64,000 nucleotides of DNA from Planctomycetota bacterium. Its GTDB lineage: Bacteria; Planctomycetota; UBA1135; UBA2386. Shown piece after piece: positions 30,690-40,433 of the stretch. The position numbers and the translations under genes are program-made. The DNA lies in NCBI GenBank assembly GCA_965223545.1, contig OZ245006.1, forward strand, positions 2,272,001 to 2,336,000, written 5' to 3'. Within the stretch, counting starts at the first letter, position 1, and every line of letters starts with the position of its first letter. The notes under the pieces are model-generated. The model saw only the letters and a program-made list of their open reading frames with translations, ran no database searches and was not told where the DNA came from.

Positions 30690-30705
30690 GGCGACCTCCT
30701 TGGAA

Positions 30706-31875
30706 TCAGCGGTACTCGATCACCGGACCCAGTCCGAACGTTCCCGTCGTCCCGGTGACCGCCGTCGTGCTTCCCGCGCCCTCGGCCCACACGGTCCGCA
30801 GCCCGAACGGCTGCCCCGTACCGACGTAGGTCGGCGTCTGCACCATCACCGGCGCCGACACCGCGTAGTCCTGCGTGTGCACGTCGAAGTTGAGCTCCTG
30901 GATCCAGAACTTGAAGCCGATGAACGCCGGTGAGTAGTTGACCGACCAGAACGGACCACCAGCGGTCGGCCATCGCGCCTGCCCGTACTCGTTGGAGCCG
31001 GTGATGCCGAAGAAGATCTGCGTGGTCAGGTCGAGGTCGATCGTCCCACAGCCGTTGAAGCTCGGCGGCAAGGTGCTGACCGGGAACCCCTGACCGAAGC
31101 CGACGATGTCGAGGGCGCCGAACAAGAAGCCGCGGCTGTGGTGCTCGGCGTGGTGCCTCGTGGCGTGGAAGTTCAAGCGGTTGGTGCTCGGATCGACGCT
31201 CAACGAGGGCCGCAGCTCGATCGCCGGCGACCAGCGACGCGGCGAGAAGCAGCGGCTCCCGGCCGACAGCCACGCCGCCTCGGTCGAGTTGGTCATCGCG
31301 TCGAGGTCGCGCGTCGCCTGGGTCAGGCGGTTCGGGTCCATCAGATCGTTCTTCCAATGCACGACCTGCATGACCAGCGAGCCGTTGGCGGCGTTGTAGG
31401 GAAACGGCGTCGCCAAGCGGATGCGGTAGCCGAACGGCTCGGGGAACGTCGCGTTGAACTGCTGCGCGCCGAACAGCACCGGCTGCCGTGGCAGCACCAG
31501 GGTCGCGTCAGCGCCCAGGTTGTTGGCAAACGTGGTCGACGCCGAGGCCGCGGTGTTGCCCGAGGTCGCCAGGGTGACCTCGATCTCCGAGAAGAAGGAC
31601 TGCAACGTCAGCTCCGGGAGGATCGCGCCATCGCGGCGGAAGCGCAGCTCGCTGATCGTGCCGTTGAAGGTCGACGGCAGATCGCTGATCAGCTGCATGC
31701 GGAACTCGGACGCGCCCGGGGTCTGATCAGGATTGGCCCACCACGGAGCGCCGCCGCGGTGGTCGCCGACCGAGGTCTCGCCCTCGGCCGTCGCCGCGGC
31801 AGTGGGGAACACCAGCGGCTGCGCCGCGCACGGCACCGCGGCGCACAGCAGCGCCCAGATTGAACGAATCGTCAT
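30706..31875 (-). CDS. Secreted protein, divergent member of paralog family A
   Basis: SD AAGGAGA; signal ending CAA-Q; EG, RMQLI, FRRDG, STTFANN, PFPY, LVMQV; C-term FWIQ module plus tail. Confidence 0.8.
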   Translation of the reverse strand: MTIRSIWALLCAAVPCAAQPLVFPTAAATAEGETSVGDHRGGAPWWANPDQTPGASEFRMQLISDLPSTFNGTISELRFRRDGAILPELTLQSFFSEIEVTLATSGNTAASASTTFANNLGADATLVLPRQPVLFGAQQFNATFPEPFGYRIRLATPFPYNAANGSLVMQVVHWKNDLMDPNRLTQATRDLDAMTNSTEAAWLSAGSRCFSPRRWSPAIELRPSLSVDPSTNRLNFHATRHHAEHHSRGFLFGALDIVGFGQGFPVSTLPPSFNGCGTIDLDLTTQIFFGITGSNEYGQARWPTAGGPFWSVNYSPAFIGFKFWIQELNFDVHTQDYAVSAPVMVQTPTYVGTGQPFGLRTVWAEGAGSTTAVTGTTGTFGLGPVIEYR

Positions 31876-31885
31876 CACACTCTCC

Positions 31886-33268
31886 TTACGGGTTCGTCAC
31901 GTGCACGCTCGGGTTGGACAAGTTGACCCCGACGCCATTGGACGTCAGCGCCTGCCAGTAGGTCGGCACGAACGGTGTCACCCCCGCCGCCGGGTAGTTG
32001 ATCGCCTGGCCGGCCGGGGTCGGAATGCTGAAGTACGGCACCAGGATCGAGACCGCCGGGTTGACGAACAGATGGCCGGCGGGATTGACGAACAGGCCGC
32101 TCTGGAACGACGACCCGCCGATCAGCAGGAACGCCGGTAGGCCCGGGGTACCACCGATGCCGACGTGCACGTGCGTGTGCTGGTCGACCGGCAGGGTCAG
32201 GGTGACGTTGCTGAACTCGGCAGCGCCGATGTCGATCGCGACACTCACGTCGAAGTCTCCGTCCAAGCGCCGCGGCTGGTCATAAAGCCCCTGGTTGCGC
32301 TGCGGGGACGCGGTCGGGTGGCCTGCATCGACCGCCGGTGAGCCGGCGGTCAGCCGCCAGTCGTTGAGGCCGTTGTAGGCCGGGGCAGCATCCAGGTTGC
32401 CGCTGGCGAACGCCTGCCCGTTGAGCTGCGCAGCCGTCATCACCGTCGCACCGCGGCGATACGCGCCGGCGTTGTTGCCGTCGAAAATGCAGTACTCGAC
32501 GGTCGGGTCGACCGACGTGTCGACCTGGTCGATGCCGAACACCGTGCCGCCGGAGGCCAGACCGTTGTCCGAGAAGATGCAGTTGCGGATCGTCGGGTTG
32601 GCACCGTTGCGCAACCGAATGCCGCTGTTCTCGTTCTGATCGATGGTCAAGTTGATGAACGTGCCGGTGGCGTTGTCGACGTCGATCGCGGCACCGCTGC
32701 TGGCATCACCGTTGTAGGCGAAGACGCTGTTCTCCACCTGGGCCACGGCACCGTTGCGCACCAGCAAGCCGGCGCCGGCGTCGGCGCTGTCGTTGTTGGA
32801 ACGGATGAAGCTGTTGCGCAGGGTCGCGTTGACCCCATCCATCAACACGCCGCCGCCGCCCGGCGCACCCGCTTGGCCGCGAAGCACCCAGATGCCGTCC
32901 AACACCGCCCCTTGGCCCATCGTCACGACGGTGCCGGTACCGGTACCGACCAGGTTGGTCACCTTCTGGAACGACCGGGCGAGCAGATCGGGATCGCCGC
33001 GGCCGACGACCGACTGTGCGTCGCCGACGAAACCACCGAGAACGGTCACGCCCGCGGGCACGTTGAACGCGCCGATGTAGGCCCCACTCGCCACCCACAG
33101 GGTGGTCCCCGGCCCGGCGGCGGCGAGCGCAGCGCCGAGATCCTTGTAGGCCGCTGCCCAGCTGGAGCCGTTGCCGCCGGTGGCGACGTTGGCGTCTACG
33201 TACAGGATCTGAGCGGCGGCCGGCATCGCGAGCGCCGCGGAGAAGGCCAGCGATCTGAAGACTTGCAT
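31886..33268 (-). CDS. Secreted right-handed beta-helix (choice-of-anchor Q-like) protein with shared C-terminal module
   Basis: LYVDAN.TGGNGSSWAAAY.DL..AL, parallel beta-helix repeats, DWRLTAGSPAVDAG, IDIGAAE. Confidence 0.85.
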   Translation of the reverse strand: MQVFRSLAFSAALAMPAAAQILYVDANVATGGNGSSWAAAYKDLGAALAAAGPGTTLWVASGAYIGAFNVPAGVTVLGGFVGDAQSVVGRGDPDLLARSFQKVTNLVGTGTGTVVTMGQGAVLDGIWVLRGQAGAPGGGGVLMDGVNATLRNSFIRSNNDSADAGAGLLVRNGAVAQVENSVFAYNGDASSGAAIDVDNATGTFINLTIDQNENSGIRLRNGANPTIRNCIFSDNGLASGGTVFGIDQVDTSVDPTVEYCIFDGNNAGAYRRGATVMTAAQLNGQAFASGNLDAAPAYNGLNDWRLTAGSPAVDAGHPTASPQRNQGLYDQPRRLDGDFDVSVAIDIGAAEFSNVTLTLPVDQHTHVHVGIGGTPGLPAFLLIGGSSFQSGLFVNPAGHLFVNPAVSILVPYFSIPTPAGQAINYPAAGVTPFVPTYWQALTSNGVGVNLSNPSVHVTNP

Positions 33269-33295
33269 GGTTAGAGCCTCGCTCACAGAGTTCGG

Positions 33296-34954
33296 TCAGC
33301 GGGCGACGAAACGCCCGCCGCGCATCACATGGAACACCGGTGCCGGGCTCTGCGCCGTGGTCGGCACCAGCAACGGCATCGCGTAGAGCTCGATGCCGGA
33401 GAGGGACTGGTTGTTGGGCAAGGGGACGCGCAGGCTCGCCTGCGCGCTGAGCAGGGCCGGCAGGGTCACGGTCGGCTTGGCGAGATCGAGATACAGCGTC
33501 CACGGCGGCAGCGCCACCGACGGCCGCGTTGTCGACAAGCCAACCATCCACACCGCCGCGGTGCCCGGCTGCAGGTCGACTGCCAGGTCGACCGAGCCGC
33601 CCAGCGTGGCGGCGGTCGGCGTCACCCAGGCCGAGCCGATCCACGGCTGGCTGGCGAGGCTCTGAACTTGCACGTTGGCGCTGGCGGTGCTCGAGCCCAA
33701 GAACGCGCTGGCCAAGGTCGTCACGCCGGCGGCAGTGGCGTCGGTGATGTCACTGCGCACGAAATCGCAACGATCGGCGCGCACGCTCTTGGTGGTCGCT
33801 GCGTCGATCATCAGCGGCGCGCTGGTGTGGGCGTTGTCGGCGAGGTCGCCGCCGGGACCGGTCGTGCGCAGCACCACCTGACCGTTGGCGAAGCGGTTGT
33901 TGTGCAGCGACAGCACGCTCGCGCGGCTACCCAGCTGCAGCAAGACGTTGCCGTCGACCTGCGTCTCGCTCACCGTCATGTTGAAGCGCGCGCCACTCGG
34001 CGTCGTGCGCAGGGCGAAGTCGCCGGTGCCCGGGCCGCCGCGAAGATCGCTGTGCCGCACCGTCACCACCCCTGCGCCGATCGTGTCACCGGCGAGGTCG
34101 ATCGCCGAACCGCTGGCCGCGATCGTGGTGTGCTCGACGTCGAGCGTCAGCGTGCTGTCGGTCGCCACGGTGCGGGTCGCGACGATGCCGGTGGTCGCGC
34201 CGACGATCGCACAGCGGTCGACGACCACATCGACCGCCCCGACGGTGCCCCCCATCGTGAACCGCAGCGCCTCGCCACAGCTCTCGAAGCGAGTGTTGCT
34301 GATGCGCATGTCGGTATCGCCGGCAAACCCCTGATCCATGAACTCGATCGCCGTCGGCAGACCGCGGAACACGGTGTCGAAGATCTCGCCCGGCTGGATG
34401 CCACCCGGGGGGAACGCCGGCACGCGCACCTCGATCGCCTTCTTGCTCTGGCCCTCGAACAGGCAGTTCCTCACCCAGAACAACTCGCCGGGGTGGTAGT
34501 GCAAGAGCGTGTCGTAGCTGATCGCGATCTGCCCACCGCGCACGATGATGTCGCGCAGGTGGAAGTGGTTGGTCCGCGACGGGAAGATCTCGGTCGGGTT
34601 GACCCCCGTGGCGTCGATCACCGGCCGGCCGTTGATGCCGAAGAAGTTGCAGTCGACGTGCGCCACCGTGTCGCCGATCACCTCAGTGAGCTTCTGCTCG
34701 ACGGTGATCACCGGCGTGACGTTGAAGTCGATCTCGATGGTGTCGAGGATCGTCGTCGGCATGCCGCGAAACTGCGCCTGCTCGGCCGCCGACAGCGACG
34801 AATACGACAGGGTCGTGTTCATCACCCGGATCGCCTCGTCGAGCGACAACAGGCCGTCGTTGAGCTGACCGTGCGACTTGGGGTCGCTGACGATCGCCGT
34901 CATCTGCGCGGAGAGGGTCGCGCTGAGCGCGGCCACGGCTAGGAGGGTTCGCAT
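33296..34954 (-). CDS. Secreted beta-helix-like protein with shared C-terminal module
   Basis: Signal ending LSA-Q; DGLLSLDEAI; beta-helix-like repeats; LPNNQSLSGIELYAM. Confidence 0.75.
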   Translation of the reverse strand: MRTLLAVAALSATLSAQMTAIVSDPKSHGQLNDGLLSLDEAIRVMNTTLSYSSLSAAEQAQFRGMPTTILDTIEIDFNVTPVITVEQKLTEVIGDTVAHVDCNFFGINGRPVIDATGVNPTEIFPSRTNHFHLRDIIVRGGQIAISYDTLLHYHPGELFWVRNCLFEGQSKKAIEVRVPAFPPGGIQPGEIFDTVFRGLPTAIEFMDQGFAGDTDMRISNTRFESCGEALRFTMGGTVGAVDVVVDRCAIVGATTGIVATRTVATDSTLTLDVEHTTIAASGSAIDLAGDTIGAGVVTVRHSDLRGGPGTGDFALRTTPSGARFNMTVSETQVDGNVLLQLGSRASVLSLHNNRFANGQVVLRTTGPGGDLADNAHTSAPLMIDAATTKSVRADRCDFVRSDITDATAAGVTTLASAFLGSSTASANVQVQSLASQPWIGSAWVTPTAATLGGSVDLAVDLQPGTAAVWMVGLSTTRPSVALPPWTLYLDLAKPTVTLPALLSAQASLRVPLPNNQSLSGIELYAMPLLVPTTAQSPAPVFHVMRGGRFVAR

Positions 34955-35124
34955 GTCGGACACTCGCGGACGCGAGTCAGTAAAGAGCAGCGGGGGCGGA
35001 CGCCAGCGGCACCACCCCCTGATAAGCGCAAGGAGCGGTGCCGTTCCGGTTTCGCCCCGGGCGGCGCCCGAGGCACTGCGGAGTGGGCCGCCCCCAGTCG
35101 GCCCGCCCGCAGCTCACGCAACGA

Positions 35125-36210
35125 TCACGGGTGGTTGGTGTGCAGAATGAGACCACCGTCCAGCACGCCGGAGCTCGCGGACGCCGCGTTCGGGTCCAGC
35201 GAGTAGAGGTGCACGCACTGCGAGTTCGTCGACGGGTCGATTGGCACGTAGGTCTTGCGGCCGACACCAAGGCCGATGCCACCCGGCTGGGTGTTGTCCA
35301 GAGCCACGGCCTGCGAGTAGAAGCTCTGGCCGATCAGGCTGGTGTTGTAGGCGATCGGGTCGATCGACAGGAACGCGAAGCCGGTGCCATCCGTGTTGCC
35401 CATGAAGACGTCGGTGACCGGGATGAGCTCGAGCGTGCTGCACAGGCCGCCGATGGCGATCGACTGCGCGGTGGTGCCGAGCAGCATCGTCGCCGGCGAG
35501 TTCGGCGCGGCGCGGGAGATGTCAAAGGCCGACGACATCTTGGTGCCGTGGTTGAAGAACTCGACGTGGTTGTTCATGCCGCGAGTCTGGCCCGTGGTCA
35601 CGCACGACGAGTTACCGGTGCTCCCGGTGGCGCCCTGCATCACGGACAAGACGACCGGGTCGGCGTCCATCGGGTAGGACTTGCCGGCCTGGTCGTTGGC
35701 CCAGACGCGGACCTCCCAAACCAGGTCGGTGCCGGTGGCCTGCTTGCCGAGGTAGCTCCATTGCGAGTCGAGCCACAGGATCGCCCAGTTCGACTCGGAC
35801 TGCGGCGCTAGCGCCGGCGCGGCCTGCCAGTCGGGGAAGCTGACGCGCTTGCGCGAGATCACCACGGTCTTGGTGCCGGCGGTGTAGTTGCCGTCGAAGT
35901 TGCTGGTCGCGGTGGCGAGATCGCCCTCACCCATCACCAGCTCCATGTCGAGCGTGCGCGCGACGTAGTTCGGATCGAACGGCATCAGGCCGTCGCGACG
36001 GAAGGCGATGCGGTTGCGGTCGGCCTTGGAGCCCCAGTTGGTGGCGTCGATCTGCTGGAATCGCAGCAGCGCTTCCTTGCCGATCAGGTCGACGGACAGC
36101 GACCCTTCGGTGCTCTCGTAGCCCGCGGGGCTCGAGGTGAAGTGATCGGGCTGAGCGATGACGGGGGTGGCGATCGTCGCCACCACCGCGAGATGGAGGA
36201 GGTTACGCAT
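35125..36210 (-). CDS. Secreted protein, paralog family A
   Basis: AQPDHFT..P.GY...EG start nearly identical to 11758; RFQQID, FRRDG, LVWEVRVWAN; ends ILHTNHP. Confidence 0.88.
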   Translation of the reverse strand: MRNLLHLAVVATIATPVIAQPDHFTSSPAGYESTEGSLSVDLIGKEALLRFQQIDATNWGSKADRNRIAFRRDGLMPFDPNYVARTLDMELVMGEGDLATATSNFDGNYTAGTKTVVISRKRVSFPDWQAAPALAPQSESNWAILWLDSQWSYLGKQATGTDLVWEVRVWANDQAGKSYPMDADPVVLSVMQGATGSTGNSSCVTTGQTRGMNNHVEFFNHGTKMSSAFDISRAAPNSPATMLLGTTAQSIAIGGLCSTLELIPVTDVFMGNTDGTGFAFLSIDPIAYNTSLIGQSFYSQAVALDNTQPGGIGLGVGRKTYVPIDPSTNSQCVHLYSLDPNAASASSGVLDGGLILHTNHP

Positions 36211-36581
36211 GGTTTCCTAGTTGTCAGGTGTGTGGGGTGCGAGGCGGCCTCGCGGCGCCCCGGCTCGGGTGAGCGCGGAGAAGCCTAGCGCAGACTCGCG
36301 CGTTGGCTAGGGGGTCGAGGCCGGGTTTGGGCCTCAAATCGGGAGTTTGGCCCCGGTCGTCGGGTTGCCGTCGGGCCGTCGGAACGCCGACAACCGCCAC
36401 GGCGCGGACCGAAACCCCCCGTGGATTCAGATCTTGATCTCTCTCCTGTGGCCGTTGCGGGGCTCCCACCGACGGGCACCGGACGGAGGCTCGGCTGCAA
36501 AAAAATCGACCCCTCAGCCGGGTCACGCGACACACATGGCGCGCGACCGACTCGAGTCGCTGCTCACTGGGTGGAGTCCCC

Positions 36582-37919
36582 TCAGTATTGCACTCGCATC
36601 CACGGGGTCTCGAAGAGGCTAACGGTGTCATCGACTCCAACCTTCCCATCGAGGGCGCCAACCCCCGTCCCAGGAATCGCCGGAAAGATGAATCGAATCT
36701 TGTCGCCCGCGCCGACCGGTTTCACGTCGATGATTGTTGGCGGCACGATCGGCGATGGAGAGCTGAACAACGCCGGAGATGCATGCGCGATCCACAGGGC
36801 AGCGGTGCCCGAGACCTGCGATCGGAGCGGCACGTAGTACCGGTCCGCCCCCAAGTCCGCGCGATACAACCCCGAGCTCAGCAGTGGGCTACCGCCGGGC
36901 GCACGATGGCTACCGATCATCTTGCGAACTCGATCCGATCGAGGATCGATGATGCACACTGCGTCACACTTGTCCGTGGACAAGAACTTGATCTTGATCG
37001 AGACCCGGTACCCGGTCGGAGTCAGAAGTGGATCGACCCTCCAACCTTGCCCCTTCGGCTCAGCGACCATCAACGGGTCGGTCGGATGGTCCGACGCGAA
37101 CACGATGGCGCCGACGCTCTCGTCCCAGGCGAGGCCGGAGATCTCCCCGGTCGGCGGAACACCGAAAGCGCTGTGGCCATCGAGCCACACGGTCGGCTCC
37201 GTCCATTCGGATCCTGTCCACTCCGTGAACAGAACATCGTTTCCGTCAACAGGTCCGATGTTGGTCCATTGGTTCGTCGCCGCCGCCGCGGACCCGTTGG
37301 TTACGGAGAAGATGAGCTTCGTACCCCCCCATGGCTCGGGATCGTTGATCAGCATGGGGATGTAGGACTCCAACGCGACCGTGTCCGGCTGCGTGTTTGG
37401 TTGCGTGACAAGGCTGATGTCCGAAACGTCGTTCGCGGTGAGCAGCTGGTCGATGTACTCGGGCGGCAGCCCGGTGCTCCCGTCGACGACGTACTGGAAG
37501 TGAATCCCGGCGCGATCCGAGGCCGGCTGCTGGTTCAGGTAGGAACCAGCTTCGCCGGTGGTGGACGGATCGACCGAGAGCAGCACCGCGATCCACCCGT
37601 CAGCGGTCGACGGGGCTTGCAATCGCCCCTTGTCCACGGGAATGAAGACATGATTGGTCGACAGCGCATCGATCTCGATCTGCTGACCATTGCTCCACGG
37701 CAAGATCCTGAAGTCGGGATCTTGCGCCCCCGGAGCAGGAAACGGCAGCGGCGACGCGCCGATGTCGTTCCTGTTCTTCAGCCAGCCGGGCAGCGCATCT
37801 CCCGGATCGATGAGACCCTCGTCGTTCGCCGTCGTTGGGGACACGACCACCGTCTGTGGCATGTCGTAGAGGTTGCCGTATTCCTGCGGCAGGAGAGCTA
37901 GGCAAAGCTCGAGTAGCAT
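36582..37919 (-). CDS. Secreted hypothetical protein downstream of ECF-kinase pair
   Basis: SD AAGGAG within kinase 3' end, 3-nt gap; short signal MLLELCLALLPQ; coding-like composition. Confidence 0.7.
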   Translation of the reverse strand: MLLELCLALLPQEYGNLYDMPQTVVVSPTTANDEGLIDPGDALPGWLKNRNDIGASPLPFPAPGAQDPDFRILPWSNGQQIEIDALSTNHVFIPVDKGRLQAPSTADGWIAVLLSVDPSTTGEAGSYLNQQPASDRAGIHFQYVVDGSTGLPPEYIDQLLTANDVSDISLVTQPNTQPDTVALESYIPMLINDPEPWGGTKLIFSVTNGSAAAATNQWTNIGPVDGNDVLFTEWTGSEWTEPTVWLDGHSAFGVPPTGEISGLAWDESVGAIVFASDHPTDPLMVAEPKGQGWRVDPLLTPTGYRVSIKIKFLSTDKCDAVCIIDPRSDRVRKMIGSHRAPGGSPLLSSGLYRADLGADRYYVPLRSQVSGTAALWIAHASPALFSSPSPIVPPTIIDVKPVGAGDKIRFIFPAIPGTGVGALDGKVGVDDTVSLFETPWMRVQY

Positions 37920-37922
37920 CGG

Positions 37923-40433
37923 TCACTCCTTCTCGGTTGGGGGTGGGTCTTCGATTGTGAAACTGCGCTGCGCTTCCCTTTCCGCCAACAGCGTGAAGAG
38001 GTGCCGCACGGCCTCGTGCGACTCGCGGCTGAGGTCCTCCGGCAAGGCGTCCGCCACCTGGCGCAAGTACTCCGGACTCTGGGGAGCTCGCTCGCACACG
38101 AGCTGGAACACAAACTCGTCCAGCACTGCCTCTCCCGAGCTGATCGCGATCGCAGCACGGCGATCTCTCTCGTAGCTTTCTCGGCGCGTGGACTGACCCG
38201 GCGGTAGCTCGGAGAGGGCCTGGGCAAACGCGTTTGCCGCGCGTTCAGCACTGTCTCTTGCATCCTCACGCCGCCCCGCCCAGATGCGGCCGATCGCTTC
38301 GCTCAACGCAACGTAGCCCTCGCCCTCCCATCGCAGATGGGACAGCTGCGGCTCTCCGGCCCGGCGCGCGGCGCGCGCCGCCTCCTCGAAGTCGCCTCCG
38401 TCGGAAAGCGCCGCATCCGCCAGGGCCTTCGCGAGAGCAAGTGCGGCTTTGGCGCCGCGGGGACGAATCTCCAGTGCATGCCGCGCGCTCTGCGCAGCCC
38501 TCTCGAAGTCTCCCGTCCTGCTGTAGCAGACTGCCAGGTTGGTGTGCGCGTTGTAGTAGCGCGGCGCCCGAGCTGCGACAGCCTCCAAGGGGAGGATGGC
38601 GTCCGCCCACTGCTGCATCAGAGTCAGCGCCGTGCCTTCGAGATACTGCAACGAGACCGACGGTTGGCCGTGCTCGGCTTGTAGCTTGCGGATTTCGACG
38701 TAGACGCTCGGTGCCCGCGCGGACTTGTAGAGCGCCAGCTCGACGGTCAGCCGGAGCTGGCGCACTCGCAGATCCGATCCAGCGACTCGGAGGTGATCGA
38801 ATGCGCGCCGGTAGGCATCGGCGACTCCGCTTCGCAACAGCCGATGTGCCTCCAAGAAGTGCTCCACCTCGGTTTGCGGCTCCGGAGTCTGAGGTCCAGG
38901 TTCCCGTCCAGCCACGGAAACATCAGCCAGGGCTCGGGCATACGGCGTCCCCAACACGTCGGCCACCGCCGCGAAATCCTCCGCAGCCCCCGCCGGATCG
39001 TGGTGATCCTGGCGGAACGCTCCCCGATAACTCCGGACGATCACGTCGTCGGGCACTAACCGCACCGCAGAGTCGAGCAACCGCTCCATGCGGTGGCGTT
39101 CGATGGCATCACCGATTTCGGGGTTCTTCCCGAGCGTCAAGTTCGGGATCAGCTGGCGAAAGACCGCCAGCATCTGGCCGGTGGCGAGGGACCGGGTTCG
39201 TTCGCTCCACGCGACGAAGCCCAGGACTCCAGCCAAAGCCCCCGCACCCAGGACACCCGCCTGCAGGTGGCGCGCCCTCGACACCGCGCGCCACGTCCGG
39301 GCAACGGGCCCCCGGCGCCGCGCGCTCACCGACCGGAAGTCCAGGAACGCGTTCAGGTCCGCCGCCAACGCGGCCGCGGTGGGATAGCGGTCGGCGGCGC
39401 GCCGCTCCATGCCGCGCTCGAGGATCGCAACCAAGTCGCGCGGCAGACCGCGACATACCCGATCGGGAGGCGGCGGCGCCTGGCGCTGGAGCGCGGCGAT
39501 CACCTGCCGCACGTCCCCGTCGTACGGGGCGCGGCCGGTGACCAGGTGGTAGAGCGTCGCCGACAGCGAGTAGATGTCGAGGGCGGGACTCGGTTCGTGA
39601 CCCCCCTCGGCCTGCTCCGGCGCCATGTACTTCGGAGTGCCCAGCGTGGTGTCGCCGACGGTGAGGGTGGCATCCCCCAGCTGCGCCGCGATGCCGAAGT
39701 CGAGCAGCACCGCGCGGCCATCGCGCGCGATGAAGACGTTGGACGGCTTGACGTCGCGGTGGAGGACGCCGGCGTCGTGCACCGCGGCGAGGCCGTCGGC
39801 GAGCTCGGCGGCCCAACGCGCCGCCAAGCGCAGGAAGCCCTTGCCCAGCTCGGCACCGCTGCCGAGCCGTTCGCTGATCCACGCGGTCCCCACGTCGGCG
39901 CCGACCGTCGCCGCCCGCGCCTCGCGCTCGTCGAGCAGCGCCGCCATCGACACACCCTGCAGCAGCTCCATCACGAGGTAGTGGAGGCCCTGGTCGGTGC
40001 AGCCGCGGTCGAACACCGTGATGACGTTGGGATGCCGGATCTGCGCCATCGCCTGCGCCTCGCGCAGGAAGCGGTCCGCGGCCACGGAGGCGTCGAGGAG
40101 GTGCGGGTGCAGCACTTTGACCGCGACCGGGCGCGCCAGCTCGAGGTCGACGGCACGGTAGACCGCGCCCATCGCGCCGGCCCCGATGCGCGCCTCGGCG
40201 CGATAGCGATCGGCAAAGCACAAGCCCTCGAGATCGCCAACGGCACCGACGCCGCCTCGCCAGGCGTCGACGCGCGTTCCCATCGCCAACGCCTCCCGCA
40301 GCGCCTCCAGCAGCTCGGGGTGGTCGGCGCAGACGTCGGCCAAGTCGGGATCGGCGCCGTTCTCGCGCAGCTCCAGCACGCGCTCGACCAGACCGGCCAG
40401 CGTGCCGTCGCGATCGTCGGCCGCGCCCTTCAC
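37923..40433 (-). CDS. Ser/Thr protein kinase with TM and TPR C-terminus
   Basis: GAGAMGAVY, VAVK, HRDVKPSN, DFG, GTPKYMAPE; GTG start overlaps sigma stop (GTGA). Confidence 0.92.
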   Translation of the reverse strand: MKGAADDRDGTLAGLVERVLELRENGADPDLADVCADHPELLEALREALAMGTRVDAWRGGVGAVGDLEGLCFADRYRAEARIGAGAMGAVYRAVDLELARPVAVKVLHPHLLDASVAADRFLREAQAMAQIRHPNVITVFDRGCTDQGLHYLVMELLQGVSMAALLDEREARAATVGADVGTAWISERLGSGAELGKGFLRLAARWAAELADGLAAVHDAGVLHRDVKPSNVFIARDGRAVLLDFGIAAQLGDATLTVGDTTLGTPKYMAPEQAEGGHEPSPALDIYSLSATLYHLVTGRAPYDGDVRQVIAALQRQAPPPPDRVCRGLPRDLVAILERGMERRAADRYPTAAALAADLNAFLDFRSVSARRRGPVARTWRAVSRARHLQAGVLGAGALAGVLGFVAWSERTRSLATGQMLAVFRQLIPNLTLGKNPEIGDAIERHRMERLLDSAVRLVPDDVIVRSYRGAFRQDHHDPAGAAEDFAAVADVLGTPYARALADVSVAGREPGPQTPEPQTEVEHFLEAHRLLRSGVADAYRRAFDHLRVAGSDLRVRQLRLTVELALYKSARAPSVYVEIRKLQAEHGQPSVSLQYLEGTALTLMQQWADAILPLEAVAARAPRYYNAHTNLAVCYSRTGDFERAAQSARHALEIRPRGAKAALALAKALADAALSDGGDFEEAARAARRAGEPQLSHLRWEGEGYVALSEAIGRIWAGRREDARDSAERAANAFAQALSELPPGQSTRRESYERDRRAAIAISSGEAVLDEFVFQLVCERAPQSPEYLRQVADALPEDLSRESHEAVRHLFTLLAEREAQRSFTIEDPPPTEKE

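Noticed and set aside
36211..36581. Riboswitch or ncRNA in the 370-bp intergenic region
   Set aside because: GC hairpins are present but I could not match any known aptamer consensus by eye.
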